Assembly (NCBI GenBank): GCA_002269645.1
Contig: NIVC01001203.1
Span: 1-64,000 of the forward strand
Direction: 5' to 3'
Length of the DNA stretch: 64,000 nt
From: Macrostomum lignano
Lineage: Eukaryota
Shown here in pieces: positions 56,201-64,000 of the stretch. Numbering within the stretch: the stretch's first letter is position 1; each line of letters begins with the position of its first letter. Below the pieces are notes generated by a model that did no database searches, had not been told where the DNA came from, and saw only the letters and a list, made by a program, of their open reading frames with translations. The translations under genes were made by a program, and so were the position numbers.

Positions 56201-59200
56201 GAACCGGAAGCGGAGGCGGAAGTGGCGGCGGCGGCGGCGGCGGTTTTCTCAAATCCGTGGCCGGATTGTTCTCGGGCGGCCGGTCGTTCTTGCTGGACGG
56301 CGTGAAAGCGGAGGCGGACAGACAGCTGGTGCCCTGGCTTCGCTTCGGTCTGCTTCTAGTAGAAACTAGAGAAGAAGACGATTCTGGCATCTGGACAGCT
56401 CTGATTAGCCGACTAGCCGAGACTCAGCATCACCAGTCCTCGGCTTCATCAGTTAGTCCTCAAACTGCTTTTCAGAAAGCTCGATCAAGAATTGCCGCTA
56501 GTAGCTCCTCTTCTGGAAGCAGCAGCAACAAATTAGAATTCAATCAGTTGGCTATATTTAGATGGGCAGATTTTCTACAAGACTTGCTCCGAGAGCAACA
56601 GGCTTCTGCTTCTGCGCCGGAGAAGCAAGAGCAGCCTTCGGCCGCCACCTGCGCCGTGCTGGCCTTAGCCTGCGAGCAGTTCTTCTTGCGCTATTTCGCT
56701 CGGGCGCATCAGCACGCGGGCAGCCAAGGCGAGCGCCTGTTCGTAGCCGCCAACCTCACCAGCCAGATCAAGTTCATCCGCGGCCGGCTCAGAGACATCG
56801 GCAGGCAGCTGGTTGCCGCCGGTCAGCAGCCTCTGCTAGCCAATCATCTTGAAGCCTTCGCCCTGTGGATTGACGAGCCGCGACTGCACAGCGAGTCTCT
56901 GATCCTTGCCGCTTTGCCGCCGCAGTACCTGTCTCAGCGGCTGTGCACCTTGTTGCTAGGCCAAGCCGAGCCATGGCTTGAGCTGCTGCCAATCGATGAG
57001 CTGCGCACCCAGCTGGAGTCGCTGGCCCACTCCTGGCTTCGTCGGGCCGATGTCGGCGATGCCGGAATGCGCCGTCTGCAGGATCGGGTTCGTCGCCCGC
57101 CCAGAGGCGGCGGCGGCGGGAGCAACGACGAGCCGGCTGATAGGATTGCTGCTAGGCTAGACGAGTTGGCTAACCGGTTTAAACCGGTTGCACCGCCGTC
57201 AGCGCTGGCTGCCGCTGGCTCCCAACAGCAGCAGCAGTTGTGGCAAGATGCTTCCTTGATGACACTGCCTAGTAAGTAGATGACGAAGCATTTAAGTATG
57301 CAATTGGAGACATAGCTACTCCGGCCGTTTACCCAAACTTAAATGTAAACGTAAGCTAATAAGCTGGCGAGGCGTTTGAGTATGCATATGAAGTGATAGC
57401 TACTCTGGCCGTTTACCCAAACTTGAATATTAATCTAAGCTGATTAGATGGCGAGGCATTTAAGTATGCATATGAAGTTATAGCTACCCCAACAATCGTT
57501 TACCCAATCTTGGCTGATTGTTAATCTACGAGCGTAAGCTAATTAGCTGGCAGGGCATTTCCGTTTAGTGTCGTCTAGAGTCAACTTGTTTCCTATTTTA
57601 CCGTACTTGTGTTACCTGCAACGATTATTGGGCAATGCTCTGGGACTCTGGGATGCTTATAGACTAATTATATGACGAGGAACTAATTAGCAGCTATAGT
57701 TACTCTCGCTGTTTACCCAATCCAAAACAAACGCAGACGCCAGCATCCTTGGCGACAAGGTTCGTCTGCTTCACTACCTTGAAGAGCGGCTGGCCTGTCT
57801 GACTCTGGGCGCCAGAGATTTCAATGACCGATCTACCAAACTGCTGAATTTGGATCTCAACTATACGGAGAATCTGCCGCACCTGTACTGCCTAGTGGCC
57901 AAGGAGCAGACTTTTAATGTGGCCTGCGGACCAGCTCTGCAGCTGTGTGAGTTCCTGTGCGATTCTTACATTTCTCCCATAAATTATAGATCCCATCTAT
58001 AATTTATCCCATCTATAACATTTCTCCCAGTTGATCCCATCAGATCTCATTTAATCCCATCAGATCCCAATTGATCCCATCAGATCTCATTTAATCCCAT
58101 CAGATCCCAATTGATCCCATCAGATCTCATTTAATCCCATCAGATCCCAATTGATCCCATCAGATCTCATTTAATCCCATCAGATCCCAATTGATCCCAT
58201 CAGATCTCATTTAATCCCATCAGATCCCAATTGATCAATTCATCCCAATTGATCCCATCAGATCTCATTTAATCCCATCAGATCCCAATTGATCCCATCA
58301 GATCTCATTTAATCCCATCAGATCCCAATTGATCCCATCAGATCTCATTTAATCCCATCAGATCCCAATTGATCCCATCAGATCTCATTTAATCCCATCA
58401 GATCCCAATTGATCCCATCAGATCTCATTTAATCCCATCAGATCTCAATTGATCCCATCAGATCCCATTTAATCCCATCAGATCCCAATTGATCCCATCA
58501 GATCTCATTTAATCCCATCAGATCTCAATTGATCCCATCAGATCCCATTTAATCCCATCAGATCCCAATTGATCCCATCAGATCTCATTAATCCCATCAG
58601 ATCCCAATTGATCCCATCAGATCCCATTTAATCCCATCAGATCCCAATTGATCCCATCAGATCTCATTTAATCCCATCAGATCCCAATTGATCCCATTAG
58701 ATCCCATTTGATCCCATTTGATCCCATCAGATACCAATTGATCCCATCAGATCCCAATCGATCCCATCAGATCCCATTCGATCTCATCAGATCCCAATCG
58801 ATCCCATCAGATCCCATTCGATCCCATCAGATCCCAATTGATTCCGTCTCTCTCAAAAATCCCAATTGATTCCATCTCTCCCATAGATTCCAATTGATCC
58901 CATCTTTCCCACAGATCCCAATTTATCTCATCTCTCCCACAGATCCCAATTGGTCCTATCTCTCCCACAGATCCTAATTGGTCCTATCTCTCCCACAGAT
59001 CCTAATTGGTCCCATCTCTCACACAGATCCTAATTGGTCCCATCTCTCCCACAGATCCTAATTGATCCCATCTCTCCCACAGATCCTAATTGATCCCATC
59101 TCTCCCACAGATCCCAATTTATCTCATCTCTCCCACAGATCCCAATTGGTCCTATCTCTCCCACAGATCCTAATTGGTCCCATCTCTCACACAGATCCTA

Positions 59201-62200
59201 ATTGGTCCCATCTCTCCCACAGATCCTAATTGATCCCATCTCTCCCACAGATCCTAATTGATCCCATCTCTCCCACAGATCCCAATTTATCTCATCTCTC
59301 CCACAGATCCCAATTGGTCCCATCTCTCCCACAGATCCTAATTGGTCCCATCTCTCACACAGATCCCAATTGGTCCCATCTCTCCCACAGATCCTAATTG
59401 ATCCCATCTCTCCCTTAGATCTTGATCGCATCTTCCCCATATACCTTGATCCCATCTCTCCCTTAGATCTTGATCCCATCTTCCCCATATACCTTGATCC
59501 CATCTTCCCCATATACCTTGATCCCATCTCTCCCTTAGATCTTGATCCCATCTCTGCCATATACCTTGATCCCATCTCTCCCTTAGATCTTGATCTCATC
59601 TTCCCCATATACCTTGATCCCATCTCTGCCATATACCTTGATCCCATCTCTCCCTTAGATCTTGATCCCATCTTCCCCATATACCTTGATCCCATCTCTC
59701 CCCTAGATCTTGATCCCATCTCTGCCAAAGACCTTAATCCCATGTCTCCCTCAGATCCCAATCGATCCCATCTCTCCCATAGATCCCAGCTGATCCCATA
59801 TCTCCCATTCGATAGTGTTTCTACACAATTGTCCCATTTACTAGGATTAGTCATCAATGGGATAATTATCCCCAAAATTCCCCTGCACTCTCCCGCAGCC
59901 GTCACCTCGCCCATCAAGCGCTGCAGCGGTCCGGCCCGCCTGTTCCTCCGCTACCAAGAGGCGGCGCCACAGCCCGGCCTGTCGCAACTATTGGAGGAGA
60001 ATCGAACCCAGGCCCGCCAGCTATGCATCGAAGCTCTGCTGCCGCCGTCGCAGAAGCTGGTAGCGGCGTCGGTCTATCTGGACTGGGTTGTGGCCAGCCT
60101 GGGAGAAGCTCAAGCCGAGACTGGGGTGGCGCTGTTCTACCACCTGACCGGCCTGGTGTCCGAGCTCACCAAGTTCTATCCGCCCACTCGCCAGCTTCTC
60201 ACCGGCCTCATCGAGTGCCTCGGCCAGACGTTCATCCGACGATGGCCCGGTCAGGCTCAGCCTCTGCTTGAAGCCGTGCTCCAGACGCCTTCTTTAGTTG
60301 AGTTGTTGGCTCCTAACTTTGATCCGCTATCTAGCGGTGATCTGTTTGTACAGATGTACACCAGAATTGTCCCAGTGCTCAAGGACTATGGCATTGAAGT
60401 GCTGTTCGCTTTGCTTAGTAAGGTGAGATTGGGAATGCTGAATTGATTCAATTTGGGTTCGAATTGAGATAGGTAGAGAGCGGATGTAGATTTGGGTAGA
60501 AAGTGGATGTAGATTTGTGTAGAGAGCGGATGTAGATTTGGGTAGAGAGCGGGTGTAGATTTGTGTAGAGAGCGGATGTAGATTTGGGTAGAGAGCGGGT
60601 GTAGATTTGTGTAGAGAGCGGATGTAGATTTGGGTAGAGAGCGGATGTAGATTTGGGTAGAGAGCGGATGTATACTAGTTAGAGAGCGGATGTAGATTGA
60701 ATAGAGAGCGGATGTAGATTGAATAGAGAGAGGGTGTGGATTGAGTAGAGAGCGGATGTAGCCTGGGTAGAGAGCGGATGTAGCCTGAGTAGAGAGCGGA
60801 TTTAGATTTGGGTAGAGAGCGGATGTAGATCTGTGTAGAGAGCGGATGTAGATTTGGGTAGAGAGCGGATGTAGATTTGGGTAGAGAGCGGATGTAGATT
60901 TGGGTAGAGAGCGGATGTAGATTTGGGTAGAGCGGATGTAGATTTGTGTAGAGAGCGGATGTAGATTTGGGTAGAGAGCGGATGTAGATTTGGGTAGAGA
61001 GCGGATGTAGATTTGGGTAGAGAGCGGATGTAGATTTGGGTAGAGAGCGGATGTAGATTTGTGTAGAGAGCGGATGTAGATTTGGGTAGAGAGCGGATGT
61101 AGATTTGGGTAGAGAGCGGATTTAGATTTGGGTAGAGAGCGGATGTAGATTTGCGTAGAGAGCGGATGTAGATTTGGGTAGAGAGCGGATGTAGACTGGG
61201 GGGGGTTGAGAGCGGATGTAGATTTGTGTAGAGAGCGGATGTAGATTAAGTAGAGAGCGGATGTAGACTGGTTAGAGAGAGGATGTAGATTTGTGTAGAG
61301 AGCGGATGTAGATGGAGTAGAGAGCGGATGTAGATTTGTGTAAAGAGCGGGTGTAGCCTGGGTAGAGAGTGGATGTAGATTAAGTAGAGAGCGGATGTAG
61401 ACTGGTTAGAAAGCGGATGTAGACTGGTTAGAGAGCGGATGTAGACTGGTTAGAGAGCGGATGTAGATTTGTGTAGAGAGCGGATGTAGATTTGTGTAGA
61501 GAGCGGATGTAGACTGGTTAGAAAGCGGATGTAGACTGGTTAGAGAGCGGATGTAGACTGGTTAGAGAGCGGATGTAGATTTGTGTAGAGAGCGGATGTA
61601 GATTTGTGTAGAGAGCGGATGTAGACTGGTTAGAGAGCGGATGTAGATCTGTGTAGAGAGCGGATGTAGATTTGTGTAGAGAGCGGGTGTAGATTGAGTA
61701 GAGAGCGGATGTAGCCTGGGTAGAGAGTGGATGTAGATTAAGTAGAGAGCGGATGTAGACTGGTTAGAGAGCGGATGTAGACTGGTTAGAGAGCGGATGT
61801 AGACTGGTTAGAGAGCGGATGTAGACTGGGTGGAGCCTGTAATTACGCCTACCGGCTGCAACCTTACTCCCGCAGTTCGACGTCAGCGAATGGCTGAAAA
61901 CCCGACCCGGAGCTCAGGAGCGCAACAACTTGATCGGTGCCATCTGCTCCGGCCTGTGCACCTGCGGCCCCAGCCCGGCGCCCAGCCTCTGCCTCATCTT
62001 CGATCTCTATCAAGTTCACCTATCAGCCGTGCTGCAATTCGAGTTCCCTCTGCACTTTCATCCGGGCCTGCAGCGCATCTTTGCCGCCTCTTGCACCGGT
62101 AAAATCCCTCCCGTAGCTTGGCGCCTGCTGTGCAACTGTGTGGCAGCTGACACAGCCGATGACAGGGAGCTGTCAATGTCCATCGATCAGATTGCCGATG

Positions 62201-64000
62201 TACTTCGATGGCTGGCGGCTCTGCTGCAACGAGAGCGGACTGCCAGATTGGAGCTGTACAGCCAGTGGAATGTGTACCTGGAGCACGTGATGTCTCTAGT
62301 GGCTAGCCTAGTCAGGTGGGTGTGCTCTGCTCTGTGACCGTTTTGGCTTATCGATATCGCCTGGGCATGCTCAGCGATCAGCTGAATGGGATAATAGATT
62401 CTGTAAATCTGAAAGTCATATTACATTAATCTGTTGGGTTTGATTTTTAGTATATTGGGTTCTCTAATGTCAGAGTGAGTCTCCTTAATCTCGGTGTAGC
62501 ACTCCCTTATCTCAGGATGAGACTCCATAATCTCAGGTTGGGACTCCGTAATCTCAGGTTGGGACTCCATAATCTCATGGTGAGCCACCCTAATCTCATG
62601 TTAAGACTCCATAATCTCAGGTTGAGACTCCATAATGTAAGGGGAAGACTCCATAATTTGAGGGTGAGACTCCATCATGTGAGGGTGAGACTCCATCATG
62701 TGAGGGTGAGACTCGATAATCTCAGGTTGAGACTCCATAATCTCAGATTGAGACTCCATAATCTCATGGTGTGACTCCATAATCTCAGGGTGAGACTCCA
62801 TACTCTCAGATTGAGACTTCATAATATCAGGATGAGACTCCATAATCTCAGGCTGAGACTCCATAATGTAAGGGGGGGACTCCATAATGTAAGGGTGAGA
62901 CTCCATACTCTCAGGGTGAGACTCCATACTCTCAGGTTGAGACTCCATACTCTCGGGGTGAGACTCCATAATCTCGGGTTGGGACTCCATAATCTCAGGT
63001 TAAGACTTCATAATCTCAGGTTGAGACTCCTTAATCTCAGGTTGAGACTCCTTAATCTCAGGTTGTGACTGCTTAATCTCAGGTTGAGACTCCTTTATTT
63101 TAAAACTACTCACCCGCAGGTGCCTCGGCTACAAAGTGTGCCGCTCAGTCTCCAGGCGCCATCTCAACCCGGCCGCTGGAGCCGACACCCTCTGGGAGGC
63201 CGTCCGGCCCGTGTTCGCGCCCTTCCTCGAGCCGCTCGAGTCGACCCATTCCCAATCCCAATCCGTTGGCGCCCCGTTCAACCCCGGCCACAGTGAAATG
63301 GCCGGCCGAGTTCTCGACTGCCTGGTTGAGATTGTCTGCCAGCTCGACCGCGAGTTCCAGCACACTTTGGGATCGAATTGCGTCGAACAGCCTAGCGGAA
63401 CCAGCGCCGCTAGAGCGCCAATTCACGAGCAACTCCTTCTATACTACTGTCAGCGACTGGCTGCTCCTCAATTCCGATTGCCTGCCTACGTGTTGGCTGC
63501 TTTGCACAGCTCGCTGGCTAAGGCCGATTGGCGTCAGTTGCTACCCGGATTGCCAGCTATGCAGGTGATTGCGGATTTCTATCGCACCGCTGTGTCCGCG
63601 TCTCAGCAGTTTCTGGCAGGCATTGTCAGCGAGATTGATTGGTCTAGCGAAGCGCTGACTGATCATCGGCAGATGCTATTCCACCTGGTGCTGTGTATGA
63701 CCACTTCGCAGGTGAGAACTTTATTGAGAATCTGGGATCTGGTCATTGAGGATTCTGGAATCTGGTCATTGAGGATTCTGGGATCTGGTCATTGAGGATT
63801 CTGGGATCTGGTCATTGAGGATTCTGGGATATCGTCATTAAGGATTCTGGGATCTGGTCATTGAGGATTCTGGGATTTGGTTATGGAGGATTCTGGGATC
63901 TGGTCATTGATGATTCTGGAATCTGGTCATTGAGGATTCTGGGATCTGGTCATTGAGGATTCTGGGATCTGGTCATTAAGGATTCTGGGATCTGGTCATT
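44244..64000 (+). CDS. EPG5: Ectopic P granules protein 5 homolog (autophagy tethering factor), 3' end beyond window
   Basis: 14 exons: 44244-44276, 44362-44919, 46107-46515, 47737-48115, 48899-49799, 50724-50756, 51426-51590, 52653-53025, 53789-54099, 56029-57271, 57737-57946, 59899-60422, 61876-62315, 63120-63711. All introns are GT-AG with consistent phases (6171 nt, 2057 codons). The N-terminus MAEAVRP and the segments HLYLLCELLRCPPGVGDW, WIFVDEEGE, LFKDLP, FALWIDEPRLH and LLSKFDVSEWL resemble metazoan EPG5. Confidence 0.93.
44990..46015. repeat. 35-bp minisatellite in EPG5 intron 2
   Basis: Unit GATCCTCAGGTGTTGAGCTGTCAATCATCCTCAAA, about 29 copies. Confidence 0.95.
46525..47610. repeat. 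32-bp and 31-bp minisatellites in EPG5 intron 3
   Basis: CTGATCCTCAGGTGTTTTGGGATATTCTTTGA runs to ~47390, then GATCCCAGAAATTTTCGGGACTTTACAGACA. Confidence 0.95.
48180..48870. repeat. 21-22-bp minisatellite in EPG5 intron 4
   Basis: Unit GGGTGAGATTCGTTCCAATTTA. Confidence 0.92.
49970..50545. repeat. 25-27-bp minisatellite in EPG5 intron 5
   Basis: Unit GTGTTAAAACTGGTCATAGCCCTCT(GT). Confidence 0.95.
51072..51320 (+). mobile_element. Near full-length tRNA-headed CORE-type SINE in EPG5 intron 6
   Basis: A box TAGCCTAGTGG, B box GGTTCGATTC, CORE-like GTGTCCTTGAGCAAGACACTTAAC, and a tail ending GCAGGTGTAAT. Confidence 0.88.
51805..52475. repeat. 36-bp minisatellite in EPG5 intron 7
   Basis: Unit ATTTCTAAGAATCCTTGTCGACCTATTTATTTATTG. 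Confidence 0.95.
53125..53665. repeat. ~21-bp minisatellite in EPG5 intron 8
   Basis: Unit GAGCTTCAGGATCTTTTCCCT. Confidence 0.93.
54150..56012. repeat. 23-bp minisatellite in EPG5 intron 9
   Basis: Unit CCCTGAGAATCGCCCCTCAGCAA, about 80 copies, each with an internal CTGAG/CTCAG inverted pair. Confidence 0.96.
57285..57560. repeat. Degenerate ~85-bp tandem repeat in EPG5 intron 10
   Basis: About 3 copies of ...TAAGTATGCA.ATGAAG..ATAGCTACTC.GGCCGTTTACCCAAACTT... Confidence 0.75.
58020..59800. repeat. Compound GATCCCATC-family minisatellite in EPG5 intron 11
   Basis: Three consecutive sub-arrays: a 40-bp unit (2x20), a 28-bp unit, and alternating 24-bp units, all starting GATCCCATC. Confidence 0.95.
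60470..61832. repeat. 23-bp minisatellite in EPG5 intron 12
   Basis: Unit GTAGAGAGCGGATGTAGATTTGG. Confidence 0.96.
62470..63095. repeat. 21-bp minisatellite in EPG5 intron 13
   Basis: Unit GAGACTCCATAATCTCAGGTT. Confidence 0.94.
63725..64000. repeat. 23-bp minisatellite in EPG5 intron 14
   Basis: Unit GGGATCTGGTCATTGAGGATTCT, starting 14 nt after the donor and running off the window. Confidence 0.94.

Noticed and set aside
59198-59917. Repetitive ORFs (MGSRSKGE..., LDPISPLD..., MESQPEI..., LKLVIALCV..., ISKNPCRPIYLL...)
   Set aside because: They arise from intronic minisatellites with stop-free frames. EPG5 splices in frame without them.
44990-64000. Regular repeat arrays as possible CRISPR arrays
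   Set aside because: Units are head-to-tail with no unique spacers, there are no cas genes, and they lie inside spliceosomal introns.

Overview
Intron-rich, repeat-rich eukaryotic DNA. The most likely source is a free-living flatworm such as Macrostomum; this is inferred from a close match to the Macrostomum/polyclad spliced leader as I recall it. Left half (1-24 kb): a minus-strand tandem array of five two-exon genes (A-E) for secreted WSC plus PAN/apple-like proteins, of which two are intact and three are damaged. The array is interrupted by a full-length but frameshifted Mag-like Ty3/Gypsy LTR retrotransposon, two PIF/Harbinger-type elements and hAT MITEs. The larger Harbinger element carries a spliced-leader-like 45-mer upstream of its transposase remnant, which is the most unusual signal in the window. 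Right half (25-64 kb): a 5-exon CMAS/coclaurine-N-methyltransferase-like gene on the minus strand lies head-to-head with four co-oriented housekeeping genes on the plus strand (DNAJC25, PAM16, FARSB, and EPG5, which runs off the window). Each of the four has a 3' splice acceptor just upstream of its start, consistent with SL trans-splicing or an operon-like arrangement. Twelve of the 14 visible EPG5 introns hold their own tandem repeat, and several of these share a GATCCTCAG-like core. All exon coordinates were derived by hand, and splice phases were checked for frame consistency. No database searches were run.
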